Shown: positions 10,410 through 20,900 of the stretch, one piece after another | Position numbering within the stretch: position 1 is the first letter of the stretch | Layout of the letters: every line of letters starts with the position of its first letter | Assembly (NCBI GenBank): GCA_965228855.1 | Contig: CBDDIJ010000002.1 | Location: 256,001 to 320,000 of the forward strand | Origin: Candidatus Obscuribacterales bacterium | Lineage (GTDB): Bacteria > Cyanobacteriota > Vampirovibrionia > Obscuribacterales > Obscuribacteraceae | DNA length: 64,000 nucleotides | Direction of reading: 5' to 3' | Notes under the pieces: model-generated | What the model saw: the letters and a program-made list of their open reading frames with translations, nothing else | What the model was told of the DNA's origin: nothing | Database searches by the model: none | Translations under genes and position numbers: made by a program

Positions 10410-10835
10410 ATGTCCAACAAGCAGCAGCACCTGTCTTGCGTCGCCCGCGGCAACGGCTTCATCCCGGTCGCCGACGCCACCTACTTCATCGACAACGAGC
10501 CGGTCCACACCGGGCTCTTCGAGATGATCGGCGACAGCCTCCAGCCGGTGCACAACACCGACACCTCCCTGCGCGTGCGCACCTGCGTGCTCCGTGAGCG
10601 CCACCCCGACATCAAGGGCGACCGCCACTACCGCGCCATCGAGGACGTGTTCCCGCCGACCGAGGGCAACGAGGACCGCTACGTCGGCATCTTCGAGTCC
10701 TACGAGGACCGCATCAAGGGCTCGGTGTCCATGCCGGTCACGCTGACCTGCTTCACGCCGGTCCACGCGTTCAAGACCGACAAGGGTCCCGACCAGTACT
10801 ACGGCGCCGCCGCCCGCGCCAAGCGCGCCGCCTGA
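10410..10835 (+). CDS. Hypothetical protein
   Basis: GGAGA RBS, strongly GC3-biased codons, followed by a hairpin. Confidence 0.8.
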   Translation: MSNKQQHLSCVARGNGFIPVADATYFIDNEPVHTGLFEMIGDSLQPVHNTDTSLRVRTCVLRERHPDIKGDRHYRAIEDVFPPTEGNEDRYVGIFESYEDRIKGSVSMPVTLTCFTPVHAFKTDKGPDQYYGAAARAKRAA

Positions 10836-10851
10836 CGGCAAGCCTGAGGGC

Positions 10852-10885
10852 AAGAGCGTCATCGCAACCCAGCGATGGCGCTCTT
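10852..10885 (+). terminator. Terminator-like hairpin
   Basis: AAGAGCGTCATCGC / GCGATGGCGCTCTT inverted repeat after the stop at 10835. Confidence 0.7.
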
Positions 10886-10902
10886 CGCCTTTCCACTTCA
10901 GT

Positions 10903-11202
10903 CTACTAGATCATACAGGATTCACAGAACCCGAAAACACAAGCCCAGAGAGGGTATTCGGCATGTCAGGTTCTACCGCGGTTAGATTTGTCTACGTGAC
11001 GATGCCACTTTTCGGAGATTCCGTCGCTCTCAGATAGCCAGGACTCACGGCCTACTACAGTGCTTGTCTACGCCACGATGCCACTTTTCGGAGAATCCGT
11101 CGCTCTCAGATAGCCAAATCAAAGTACCCGTTCGACGGCATGTCCCAAAACCGCCTACCTGAGGCAACTTCCGACGATAGCTTGTCCTATATTTGCTAGT
11201 AG
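10903..11202. repeat. Composite site 1: box B, twin-A x2, inverted box B
   Basis: CTACTAGATCATACAGGA at 10903; 52-bp elements at 10989 and 11065; TCCTATATTTGCTAGTAG ending at 11202; offsets 86 and 86 bp. Confidence 0.88.
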
Positions 11203-11223
11203 GTAGCCTGGGTGGACAAATCG

Positions 11224-11276
11224 GGGTGAGGACAGGCGCTTGGTTGCCGAAGCAGCCTTGCGCCTGTACCTCACCC
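11224..11276 (-). terminator. Long terminator-like hairpin
   Basis: GGGTGAGGACAGGCGC / GCGCCTGTACCTCACCC downstream of the patatin stop codon. Confidence 0.7.
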
Positions 11277-11294
11277 GTCTCCTAAGTATCTTCA

Positions 11295-12290
11295 TCAGCT
11301 CAGCCCCTGCGAGCCCATGAAGCCGCGGACAAGAGCCACCAACTGACCGAAATCAGCACAGTGGCTCAGCGGGTTCAAACCTTCCTGGAACGCATGGCTG
11401 TGCGCGCTCAGTTCGATGACTGCAGCGTTGAAGCCAGCCAACAGCCCCGCCACTTTCTGACCTTCGGTGAGCCGAAAGCGCATGGCGTGGACTTCGGCAA
11501 CGTGTGCGTTGATGTTGATGTCGGCCTTGCCGTCGTCCGCCAGTTCGATCCGGTCGGAGTCATGGCAGAGAAGCTTGCGGCCGACACGGCACAGGAAGTT
11601 GTTTTTGCGCGAATCTTTGCCGGTAGACGCGACTCGCACAATGGTACCCTGGGCGCCCATGAAGTGCTGCTGAACCACAGATGCGGGACAGCCACCCAAC
11701 GGGCTCAGAGCACCGTCGAACAGGAACCGGCCCATATAAGGAACAGCTTCCAGCAGGCCGGGAATCGCGCACGTTGCCCTGATTGCCAGCGACAGCGGAG
11801 CAGGCTCCTCAGACAGCACGTTGTAGCTGCCGTCGAAACCGTACTCGAACACGCCGGAGGCAGTGAACAGGATATGCGAATTCTCGGTGAGAGCCATCGT
11901 CCAGAAGGACTCCGGCCACTCTTTCACCTGCGCATCGATCAGTTCGCCCAGCCCATCCGTGTGACGCATGCCGCGACGCAGCAGGCGAGCGATGAACTTG
12001 TGAGCGACGCTGCGCTTGCCGTCGAGTTCGGTGGCGAACGAACGCAGAGGTCCGGTGTCACCGCTGGCGGGGCGCAACAGTTTGAGGAAATCGAGAGCCA
12101 TGGTGGTCTCGATGATACGAAGCGGATCGGCGTTGTCAGCCAGGAGCAGTGCCGGGATAGCACCGCCGCTGATACCACCAATCGAGCTCCAGCTTTTCAG
12201 ACCAGCGAGCTTGATGGCGAGCGTAGCGCCCAACCCGGTGAGGATTGCGCGCGACCCGCCCTGCTCGATGACGAGATGACGGTTATTCAT
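11295..12290 (-). CDS. Patatin-like phospholipase
   Basis: QGGSRA glycine loop, GISGG nucleophile motif, AIRATCAIPG, FDGA. Confidence 0.88.
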   Translation of the reverse strand: MNNRHLVIEQGGSRAILTGLGATLAIKLAGLKSWSSIGGISGGAIPALLLADNADPLRIIETTMALDFLKLLRPASGDTGPLRSFATELDGKRSVAHKFIARLLRRGMRHTDGLGELIDAQVKEWPESFWTMALTENSHILFTASGVFEYGFDGSYNVLSEEPAPLSLAIRATCAIPGLLEAVPYMGRFLFDGALSPLGGCPASVVQQHFMGAQGTIVRVASTGKDSRKNNFLCRVGRKLLCHDSDRIELADDGKADININAHVAEVHAMRFRLTEGQKVAGLLAGFNAAVIELSAHSHAFQEGLNPLSHCADFGQLVALVRGFMGSQGLS

Positions 12291-12524
12291 AATGTCCTCC
12301 TAAGACTATCGCCGACCAACAGCAGTCGACGAAGAAGCGAACCCGCGCAGGCGCCGTGAGTCCGCTTGGACATCACGACTGCGTCAGCCCGGGGCGAACG
12401 TTCGCTTGCGCTTTCGGCGGAAGCGATATCGTCCTGAGAAAAGTAGGTGCATGCGGTTCCTTTCAAACAGTTGCGTTCCTCGGGTGAAACACCGGCGATT
12501 GCTCGCCGATGTTTCTGTTTAATC

Positions 12525-13433
12525 TCAGTCCTTCATCTCAATCACGCGCGTCGAACCCGGACCGAAACCCAGGAACGCGATCATTGCGAAGAAGACGCCG
12601 AAGATAACCCAGCAGATGCCGGTGATGGATTCACGCGTGGTTTTGGTTTCCCACATCATGTTTCCGCGGGTCTGCTGGTAGATCATCGAAAGAGCGGACT
12701 GGACGCCCTTCGCATCGCTCGCCTGGAACAATGCGAACGGCGAGTCGCCGAGCTGCTCGACGAAGTCGCGGATGAAACGACCTTCTGCCGGTGCTTTGGC
12801 GGCGGCGTTGCCGACCTCGACGAGGAAGACCTCGACGTGCAGTCGGGCGAGTTCCGCGGCAATCTTGGTGGGCTGGTCGAAGTACATGATGCCCTCACCG
12901 TCGGTGAAGACCACGAGCACTCGCTGTTCCGAACCACCCGCTGCGCGAAACTGTTCGAGCGCCGAGGCGAAGCCCGGATCGAACCGACCGACGCCGTAGT
13001 CGAACGGCAGCTTGGTCGCGTCTGCAGGCAGTTTGGCACCACCCGCCGAAATCGGCGCGATGATCCTTGCGGTTTCACCGAAAAGCGTCAGGCCGTATCC
13101 GGCTTCAGGACGCCCTGCGGAGAAATCACGAAGACCTTGAACTGCGAGTTCGGCGCGCGTGGGCAGGCCGCTAGCTGCGCGCTGCGACATCGAACCGGAC
13201 TCGTCCACGAGAGCGACGATGTTGACCGGCTGCGGCACGCGCACGTTCTCATGATTCACGACGTATGGTTGCGCCAGGGCAAAGACCAGCGCGGTACCGA
13301 GGATGCTGACCATGAGCGGCCACATCGAGACCACGCGCGAGCGTCGAGTCGAGTAGTCGGAACGGGTCGGAATGAGCATCAGGACGAAAAACACGAGGCA
13401 CGCGAAGAAATATTCCGGATGAATGGCTTGCAT
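12525..13433 (-). CDS. Membrane-anchored von Willebrand factor A domain protein
   Basis: LVDESGSM MIDAS motif, VVFTDG; two N-terminal and one C-terminal TM segments. Confidence 0.85.
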   Translation of the reverse strand: MQAIHPEYFFACLVFFVLMLIPTRSDYSTRRSRVVSMWPLMVSILGTALVFALAQPYVVNHENVRVPQPVNIVALVDESGSMSQRAASGLPTRAELAVQGLRDFSAGRPEAGYGLTLFGETARIIAPISAGGAKLPADATKLPFDYGVGRFDPGFASALEQFRAAGGSEQRVLVVFTDGEGIMYFDQPTKIAAELARLHVEVFLVEVGNAAAKAPAEGRFIRDFVEQLGDSPFALFQASDAKGVQSALSMIYQQTRGNMMWETKTTRESITGICWVIFGVFFAMIAFLGFGPGSTRVIEMKD

Positions 13434-13567
13434 GGTACGGTTCCTCTCGAACTTAACCACGAGTGATCTTATCGACCGCATCCAGCAGTCGAAGGCGAAA
13501 TGCAAAGGTGGCACCGGCAAGCAAGAATGCCTGCCGGCGCCGAAATTGACAGTTCAGTTCGCCGGCA

Positions 13568-13747
13568 TCAGCCGCCGAACAACCAGCTGAGCACGCCGAT
13601 TGCGATTCCGAGGAACCCGATCAGGGTCAGGGCATTGGCGAGATTGAACAGCGCCTTGTTGCGCATGCCGTCAGCCGCCTGAGCGACGAACAACGACACG
13701 ACCATCATGACGACGCCGACAACCGTGATCCATCCGATGATGGTCAT
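13568..13747 (-). CDS. Small two-TM membrane protein (59 aa, below the ORF track cutoff)
   Basis: Manual translation MTIIGWITVVGVVMMVVSLFVAQAADGMRNKALFNLANALTLIGFLGIAIGVLSWLFGG; AAGG upstream. Confidence 0.7.
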   Translation of the reverse strand: MTIIGWITVVGVVMMVVSLFVAQAADGMRNKALFNLANALTLIGFLGIAIGVLSWLFGG

Positions 13748-13883
13748 GGTTTGAAACCTTTTGGACCGCTGAAAACAGCCTCACCAGCTCGCGGTCCGGA
13801 GCCGATGAGAGCAGCGGGCTGAAGAAACGGCGACGGCAACGTTCCCGAGTCACCTCGAGGCAACGCCACCGCCGCCGACACCA

Positions 13884-14141
13884 TCAGTCGTAGCTGAACC
13901 AGTACGCCTCCATCACCCTGAGCACTTCCGCGGTCACAGGGAACTCAGGCGTGGACGGGATGACGGAGTCTATGCCGCACTTGGCGCACACAGCTGTGGT
14001 TCCGCGGTCCGTCCATTCCTTTATCTCATGTGGCGCGTAGATCTCCAGGCAGTGGAAGCAGCCGCAGGTCGCAGCCTTGTTGAGCTCCTCGCGGTTGTGT
14101 GTGCACCGCGCATGAGCAGCCTTCTGGTCGAATTGATGCAT
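13884..14141 (-). CDS. Small Cys-rich putative zinc-binding protein
   Basis: CGCFHC...WTD...TAVCAKCGIDSVI pattern. Confidence 0.8.
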   Translation of the reverse strand: MHQFDQKAAHARCTHNREELNKAATCGCFHCLEIYAPHEIKEWTDRGTTAVCAKCGIDSVIPSTPEFPVTAEVLRVMEAYWFSYD

Positions 14142-14462
14142 GTTCTTGGTCCCTGGTCAGTCCATCAACAGCGCGCCTGACGACAGCCGAAGCCATCGCC
14201 TGACCTCACACGGTCGCACACAAGCGGCTTCAGTTCGGAGAACCTGAACCGCCTGTGGTGGCGCACCTGATGGCGAAAAGTGACCGACCTAACTGCTATC
14301 GATTCGCATGGCTCTCCTTTCTTGAGAGTTGATGTCGGATACCGCTCACCCTTTCCGACTGAAACCGCGAACGCACTCGCGAGAATGCGGACGCGGCGCC
14401 GGATGCAGCTGAGCGGTCACCCGGCTACAGGCAGCACAAGGCTGCGTGTAGCCTGACGGCCT

Positions 14463-14810
14463 TCAACGGCAGTCGTAGCGGTAGCCGACGAAGCGGTCCC
14501 AACGGTCGTAGATCGGGATGCGGACCTGCGTGCAGGGGCGCTGGTAGCGCGGCTGCGAACGCTGATAGCGCGGGTAGTCGCGCTGGTAGTGACGCTCGTT
14601 CTCGAAGGTCTGCTGGTCGCCGATCAGCCCACCGCCGATGGCGCCGATGGCAGCACCGGCAGCAGCACCGCCGACGTCGCCGGTTGCGGCACCGCCGATG
14701 ATGGCACCGCCGATGGCACCGATCGTACCGTACTGCTGGCCGAGGGGAGTGGCGCAGCCGCCGAGGAACAGAACGGACAGCAGGGAGAGGGAGACGAGGA
14801 TTTTACGCAT
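14463..14810 (-). CDS. Glycine-zipper lipoprotein
   Basis: Signal peptide with LGGC lipobox; GAIGGAIIGG...GAAAGAAIGAIGG glycine zipper. Confidence 0.85.
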   Translation of the reverse strand: MRKILVSLSLLSVLFLGGCATPLGQQYGTIGAIGGAIIGGAATGDVGGAAAGAAIGAIGGGLIGDQQTFENERHYQRDYPRYQRSQPRYQRPCTQVRIPIYDRWDRFVGYRYDCR

Positions 14811-15057
14811 GATTGCTCCAGACCCGAAAAGGGTCGATGTGGTTGTGGGAAATTTGAGTCCGAACTTGAGTCCGGACAACTGTTCCGCCACGTCAGTATC
14901 AACGTCGCGGATAAACACCGAACAGCAGGAACTGCTCGGTTCGAAACGAGCGCCCGAAGACGCTCGCTCCGAGATCAGCTTGCAGGCAGTTTTCCGAGCT
15001 CCGAAAAGGAGCAGCGAAACTTACCGTGCAAGCGGTTTCACTTCAGGCGATGGCGCC

Positions 15058-15693
15058 TTACTTGTTCTTGCCGCCGGGGACCTGCATGGGCTCGTCGACG
15101 CCGGTCTCGAACGCCTGCTTGGTGTCCGAGGTCAGCACGATGACGTACATCTGGTCGAGAGCGGCCTGGCCCGACTTGACGTTCGAGCCGATGCGCGCCT
15201 TGAGGGCGTCGGACGGGAAGAACTTGCCGAGGAAGAAGGACTTGATGAGCCCTTCCTGGCGCCAGTAGTCGTAGGCCTGCAGCATGCCGATCAGCTTCGA
15301 CTGCTTCTGCTTGTAGCTCTCGCGGCCGGCCTTGACGAAGTCGACGATCCGGTCGTAGAGGTCGAGCTGACCCTTGAGGTCCGGATAGGCTTCGGTGATC
15401 GCCGAGAACATGGCGCCGCCGGTGCCGGGCTGCATCTTGCCCTCGTAGCGCCCCTTGACCGCGTCCTCGAGGATCTGGTCGAGCTTGTCGGACTTCAGGT
15501 TGGCGACGCCGACCTGCTCGTAGAACGAGGACTTGAACGAGGACAGCTCGTTCTGGTTGTCGAGGTACTGCGCGTTGAGGCCGGTCTCCATGCGGATGCC
15601 TTCGTTGCGCATGCTGTTGACGGTGCCATAGAGGCTGATCGCACCGAACACGAGGGCGCCGATGACGCCGAGAGTGATGAGAAGACCCTTCAT
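15058..15693 (-). CDS. Membrane-anchored helical protein, LemA-like (copy 2)
   Basis: AGGAG RBS; N-terminal TM then helical domain with EAYPDLK; near-identical paralog at 16399-17040; LemA similarity is my inference. Confidence 0.75.
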   Translation of the reverse strand: MKGLLITLGVIGALVFGAISLYGTVNSMRNEGIRMETGLNAQYLDNQNELSSFKSSFYEQVGVANLKSDKLDQILEDAVKGRYEGKMQPGTGGAMFSAITEAYPDLKGQLDLYDRIVDFVKAGRESYKQKQSKLIGMLQAYDYWRQEGLIKSFFLGKFFPSDALKARIGSNVKSGQAALDQMYVIVLTSDTKQAFETGVDEPMQVPGGKNK

Positions 15694-15833
15694 TGCAATT
15701 CTCCTGATGGAAGTTGGGAGTGACGCGCACAGCACCGCAGATGGTGCCCGAAGCGCCAGATGGATTTCACACGCCGTCCGCTGCAAACTCTGACGAGAAA
15801 GCTACAAAGCGGCGAAACGAGAACGAACGGACG

Positions 15834-16220
15834 CTAGTCGATCCGAGGATTGGCGACCGAGGGACCGAGAACCTTGTAGCCGAAGCCGCTGGCGAACCCG
15901 ATGAAGAGCACGCTGACGGCAACCATGAACAGACTTGAAGCCGAATCGATCACGCCGCCACCGAGCGCGAAGACGGCGGCGAGCAGGATGGCATAGATGA
16001 CGAGCGTGGTCATCATCCCGGAGAATACCGGACGATGCGCGCCGGCGAAGGAGACGATGCAGCCGACCACGGTTCCGATCACGGCACCGACGATAGCCGG
16101 ACGGCTGAGCAACACGGCATCCGAGAGCACGACCGACCCGTAGGCGATCACGTTGACGATGACCTGAGCGACAGCGCAACCCATAGCGCTGCCGAGAATT
16201 CCTGTGAACTTGTTTTTCAT
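15834..16220 (-). CDS. Four-TM membrane protein
   Basis: MKNKFTGILG...; four hydrophobic segments; lies between the two LemA-like paralogs. Confidence 0.7.
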   Translation of the reverse strand: MKNKFTGILGSAMGCAVAQVIVNVIAYGSVVLSDAVLLSRPAIVGAVIGTVVGCIVSFAGAHRPVFSGMMTTLVIYAILLAAVFALGGGVIDSASSLFMVAVSVLFIGFASGFGYKVLGPSVANPRID

Positions 16221-16398
16221 AGCGAGAATCCCGCTGTTCGACGTTTCGTTTGCCGAATAGATTCGGCGGTGAGGCACTTCCGAAACGGATGAGATGACAC
16301 GTTTGCCACCACCATCCGCCTGTAACTGTTCGTCATTCGGTCGGCACCGGTAGCGATGGATGATACCACCACCACCGGTACCAAACACGCAAGGAAGC

Positions 16399-17040
16399 TT
16401 ACTTCTTCTTGCCGGCGCCCGGGATTTCCATCGGGGCGTCCGTGCCGGTCTCGTAGGCCTTCTTGGCGTCGGAGGTCAGCACGATGATGTACATCTGGTC
16501 GAGCGCCGCCTGGCCGGTCTGGACGTTGGAGCCGATGCGGGCCTTGAGCGCCGAGGACGGGAAGAAGTTGCCGAGGAACATGGACTTCACGAGCCCTTCC
16601 TGGCGCCAGTAGTCGTAGACGCGCAGCATGTCGATCAGCTTCGTCTGCTTCTGCTTGTAGGCTTCGCGGCCGGCGCGGACGAAGTCGACGATGCGGTCAT
16701 AGAGGTCGAGCTGCCCCTTCAGGTCCGGGTAGGCCTCGGTGATTGCCGAGAACATCGAACCGCCGGTGCCGGGCTCCATCTTGCCCTCGTAGCGACCCTT
16801 GACCGCGTCCTCGATGATCTGATCGAGCTTGTCGGACTTCAGGTTGGCGACGCCGACCTGCTCGTAGAACGAGGACTTGAACGAGGAGAGCTCGTTCTGG
16901 TTGTCGAGGTACTGCGCGGAGAGGCTGGTCTCCATGCGGATGCCGTCGTTGCGCATGCCGTTGACGTAGCCGTAGAAGCTGACCGCGCCGATGACGAGGG
17001 CGGCGATCACGCCGAGGGTGATCATCAAACCTTTGCTCAT
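16399..17040 (-). CDS. Membrane-anchored helical protein, LemA-like (copy 1)
   Basis: AGGAG RBS; N-terminal TM; EAYPDLK; paralog of 15058-15693. Confidence 0.75.
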   Translation of the reverse strand: MSKGLMITLGVIAALVIGAVSFYGYVNGMRNDGIRMETSLSAQYLDNQNELSSFKSSFYEQVGVANLKSDKLDQIIEDAVKGRYEGKMEPGTGGSMFSAITEAYPDLKGQLDLYDRIVDFVRAGREAYKQKQTKLIDMLRVYDYWRQEGLVKSMFLGNFFPSSALKARIGSNVQTGQAALDQMYIIVLTSDAKKAYETGTDAPMEIPGAGKKK

Positions 17041-17162
17041 GTGTATTCTCCTGATAGGAAGTTGACAGAGTTTGAGCGCCACCACCATTGGTGCCGCTCA
17101 GTTTGCTCGAGGTGTGCGGCAAAAGCGCTCGGTCGTCGAGTCGCTCCGTCGCACTGTTGCGT

Positions 17163-18542
17163 CTAGCGGCGAAAGCGCCGGAAGACGTCGTCGCCGGCGG
17201 CAATGCAGATGCCCCAGGCGACCGCGGCGAAGAACAGCATCGCGAAGAGGATGCCTATCATCTGGCCGGTGGTCGGCTCGATTTCGGTGAGCAGGTAAGC
17301 GAAACCGCCCTTGCCGTCATCGCCGCCCATGCGCACGCGCTCGAACTTGTTCTTGCCCCAGAGAATGTTCTCCAGGACGCCCGAGGAGAGCGACACGCTG
17401 ACCTTGTCTTGCGACAGAACCTTCGCCGTCGGATTGCCGAGCAGCGTCTGCGGATCCAGCGCGACACCCTTGAGGTCGTACTGGAGCTGGAGCAAGAGAT
17501 GCTCGTTGCCCATCGGCATGCCGGTCGTTCCGCGAGCCCAGTCGACGGTTTTGCCGTCCTTCGTGCCGAGCACGATGACGACGCCGTTCTTCGACAGAGC
17601 CTGCTTCTCGAACTTCTCGGACTGCCAGTACGCGGTGAGCGCGCCGGCGTAGTTGTCCGGGTTCGTGACCTTGTTGGCGTCGACGACGACCAGATGCAAG
17701 TCGCCCTGCAGCATGGTGCCGAAGGCAGCGTTGAACCGGTTGATCGCCCCTCGCCAGTCGCCTGCCGGCGGAGTGACGCCGACGAAGTAGGCGCGGTCCA
17801 GGTAGTAGAACCCGTAGACGTCGTTGTCGCGAGCGATTTCCGGGAACAGATTCGCCTTCGAGTACTGGTCCACTTCGCTGTTGAAGCGCTTGAGGATCGA
17901 GGACTGCGAGGCGAGGATGTAGTTGGCGTACGGCTTGCGAGCCGTCACCGGACCGGGGTTGCCCGAGTTGAGCCGGTCGCTGGCGCGCTGCCAGAAGTCG
18001 GGCACGCCGGAGGCGTAGTGCGACGGCACGCGAGTCCAGCGACGCCACCGGTGATTGTCCGGGTCGGTCGGCAGGTTGTGCCAGGCGATGGTGTAGTCAC
18101 CGAGGGTGGTGTGAACGACGAAGGTCCACTCGTAGTCCGTGTAGGGGCACGAGTGATATTCGGTGCGTTCGCACTCCTTCTCGACGCGCTTGCGACCGCC
18201 CTTGCCGTCATCGACGTAATAGGAGCAGTCGTACTTGACCTTGTAAGGGTCGCAGTCGTAGCAGCGCTTGCACCAGCCGTCGCGCTCGCACTTGATCTTC
18301 TCCCAGGTCACGCCGGTTTCCCAACCGGTCCAGTTCTCAGTGAAGGTCACCTGGTTGCTGATCGCCATCTGACGTCCGACATACGCCGTTCCCGGAATGA
18401 CGAGAACGAGCATGACGGCGCCGGCGATGAGAAATTCCTTGTTCGTGATTCGCTTCTCGGAGTTTGTCTTCTCCAAGTAAACCTTTGCCGCATAGCCCAC
18501 CGCGAGGGTGATTGCAGCTGCAAGAAGAACCAACAAAATCAT
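17163..18542 (-). CDS. Membrane protein with a large Cys-containing extracytoplasmic domain
   Basis: AGGAGG RBS; 2 N-terminal TM, Cys-rich segment CERDGWCKRCYDCDPY...HSCPY, C-terminal TM followed by RRFRR. Confidence 0.85.
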   Translation of the reverse strand: MILLVLLAAAITLAVGYAAKVYLEKTNSEKRITNKEFLIAGAVMLVLVIPGTAYVGRQMAISNQVTFTENWTGWETGVTWEKIKCERDGWCKRCYDCDPYKVKYDCSYYVDDGKGGRKRVEKECERTEYHSCPYTDYEWTFVVHTTLGDYTIAWHNLPTDPDNHRWRRWTRVPSHYASGVPDFWQRASDRLNSGNPGPVTARKPYANYILASQSSILKRFNSEVDQYSKANLFPEIARDNDVYGFYYLDRAYFVGVTPPAGDWRGAINRFNAAFGTMLQGDLHLVVVDANKVTNPDNYAGALTAYWQSEKFEKQALSKNGVVIVLGTKDGKTVDWARGTTGMPMGNEHLLLQLQYDLKGVALDPQTLLGNPTAKVLSQDKVSVSLSSGVLENILWGKNKFERVRMGGDDGKGGFAYLLTEIEPTTGQMIGILFAMLFFAAVAWGICIAAGDDVFRRFRR

Positions 18543-19386
18543 GCCGGTCATCCTCCTATTCGAAAAGAGGTTGAGGTTGACGACGCCTCGGCTAACGGCT
18601 GCCCGATGAAACGGAACCGCCAGTCGAGACGTCGGTGTTGCGAAGCCCTGAAGCGCCAGAGCCCAGAAATTCAAACTCTCGCTTGACCGCGCACCGCCCC
18701 CATCAGCAATTAAGCCTTGATGAGAGTCGGAAATCGTGCGCGAATGAGGGTTGGAGTTGGTTTACGTCTAGAGAGAGTTGTTGTCAAGCGATTCTTTATT
18801 AGTACCAGGTATAGATATTGTGAAGCACGCTTAATATTTTCGTTTAAAACCGTTTACAATTCTCTTGGCAACAAGCAAAAACCGCCACGACTGCCTCTTT
18901 TACTTCCGGATTGCCTGAGTCCGGTCGGCGATATCGCAGATGAATTCTGAACCGACCGATTAGCTGACCTGCGCGAGCCCGACCACCGTTTTGAAATCGT
19001 GCGCGACCTTATGCGGAAACAGCGTCGTGCCAATTGTCCCGCTTCGCCTCCGGTAAGAGGTCAAAAACGTAGAACTGACGACAAGGTAGACGGCCGTTGC
19101 TGAACAGTTAGCGCGAACCTGGCGCATCGCCCGAAACGCCGCGCTGAAGCCAATGTAACGAGAGTTAAACGAGCAACATCTCAAAACCATTACGAAAATA
19201 AACGTTCCTTGGAAAGAAAACTTCTGTAGGTTTCAAGTACATCTTCCTTCCAAAAACCAAACTAAATCCAGGCACAGAAACACAAGCCAATTAAACGCGA
19301 ATCTACTCCACTACAGCTTTCATCGCTGCATGAGTTGATCCGCGCCCTGGATTGAAGCACCACTGCTGGTGCCTCTCGTTTGGAAG

Positions 19387-19689
19387 ATGGAGTTGAAACG
19401 TCCAACCAGAAGGAAATTGCAAATGCAGCTTCCCGACGATGACCCGCTGCTGCTCGTGACCTGGCATCTCGGCAAAGGTTTTCAGCACATGCGGCATGAG
19501 CAGGAGAGCGGTTTCGACAGCCCCGAGATGGCCGCACTCGAGAAGTTCTGGACCGAAACCGCGAGCTCCGACCTGACTCGCGACAACGTCGCCAAACTGC
19601 TCGAGATGGCACGGGCGATTCCCGGCTTTCCCGCCAAACGGCTCGAATCTGCAGAGCAAATGCTCGCCCAGGTTCCCGCCGGCGTTTGA
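19387..19689 (+). CDS. Hypothetical protein
   Basis: ORF with coding-like codon bias at the head of a co-oriented run; start uncertain. Confidence 0.6.
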   Translation: MELKRPTRRKLQMQLPDDDPLLLVTWHLGKGFQHMRHEQESGFDSPEMAALEKFWTETASSDLTRDNVAKLLEMARAIPGFPAKRLESAEQMLAQVPAGV

Positions 19690-19760
19690 CTGCGACTACC
19701 GAAAGCAAACGAACTGCAAGCGGTTTCAATCGCGAGCGTTCACAACCACAGGGTTACTCG

Positions 19761-20246
19761 ATGGACACCTCTGCTATCTCTCTGGACGGTCTGCAAGCGG
19801 CTGTCGCCACCGCGATTTCGGTCGGCAAGCTTGACCGTCAGGCTGCCACCAAGTCGCGCGCCTTCCACGAAGCTCGCCTGACCGCCCCGGACCGCCTGGA
19901 CGCCGCCGCGCAGAACCGCTTCCTGTCGGTCATCGGCGACGTCGCCAGCAAGGTTCAGATGGCGGTCGGCATCAGCATGACCTGGGACCAGGACATCGTC
20001 GTCCCGGTCATGGAGCTCTCGCTCCAGGAATACCCCGGTCCCAAGATGCGCTCGCCTTTCCAGCAGCCCGAAGACCAGCTCGAGGTCGCACGCCTCAACC
20101 ATGCGGCACCGGCAGTCTTCGCTTTCCTCGAGAAAGCTGGTCTGCAGCCACACCTGAAGTACGTCTACAACGGCGACATCCGTTGTTACTCGCTTCAGAT
20201 CGCCATCCGGGTTCACGCCGGAATCTGCCCCAGGCTCGACCAGTAG
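19761..20246 (+). CDS. Hypothetical protein
   Basis: 161-aa ORF, strong GC3 bias. Confidence 0.75.
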   Translation: MDTSAISLDGLQAAVATAISVGKLDRQAATKSRAFHEARLTAPDRLDAAAQNRFLSVIGDVASKVQMAVGISMTWDQDIVVPVMELSLQEYPGPKMRSPFQQPEDQLEVARLNHAAPAVFAFLEKAGLQPHLKYVYNGDIRCYSLQIAIRVHAGICPRLDQ

Positions 20247-20417
20247 CACGGTCAAGCCGTTCGTGCGACTGCGTTAGCACTCGCCGAACCGGATTCGCGA
20301 GTTCACTCCGAATCCAAAATCGAGACGCACGAGCGCTCACGAATCGCGGTGGCTGAGTCTCTGCGGTTCGCGACGCTCGTGCTGGAATCACAATCAAGAA
20401 GAAGAAAGAGACGAATT

Positions 20418-20741
20418 ATGATGCTACGTTTTGATATCACCATCGCCTACAACGGTGCTCAGACCTCCGTGTTCGCATCGCGCCGCGCTGCAGTAGCCGT
20501 CAAGCTGCTGTCCAAGACGCCCGAACGCATCGCTGTTATCGCGACGCCGCAACCCGGATTCGACCCGTCGAAGGATTTCCTCGCGACGGAAACCATCGGC
20601 GCCGACGGTCAGACGACCCGGAAGGTCCTGCACGGCACTGTTCCGGACAAGGTCCTGAACAGTGGTCAGCTGAGCGCCGTCGGCGAATTGATCGCCAACT
20701 CGGTGAAGACCGTGTCGGGCAACGTCACCCACTTCATTTGA
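20418..20741 (+). CDS. Hypothetical protein
   Basis: 107-aa ORF, GC3 bias, purine-rich upstream. Confidence 0.7.
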   Translation: MMLRFDITIAYNGAQTSVFASRRAAVAVKLLSKTPERIAVIATPQPGFDPSKDFLATETIGADGQTTRKVLHGTVPDKVLNSGQLSAVGELIANSVKTVSGNVTHFI

Positions 20742-20853
20742 GCATCCCGATTGGTCCTCAGTGCCGCTAACGCCTGAGTATTAGTCCAGCGCTGGAGTAT
20801 CTCGAGTATGTGGCAGCTCGGCCATGACTCGCTTCGCCGCTTCACCTACGAGA

Positions 20854-20892
20854 TTCGCAAGGCACCTGCCCTTGCGAACCTCGTTTTTTTTT
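20854..20892 (+). terminator. Intrinsic terminator
   Basis: TTCGCAAGG / CCTTGCGAA stem followed by a run of 9 T. Confidence 0.75.
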
Positions 20893-20900
20893 GAATCCGC

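Noticed and set aside
11295..12290. Patatin as a CBASS or other anti-phage effector
   Set aside because: No nucleotide cyclase or other defence gene nearby.
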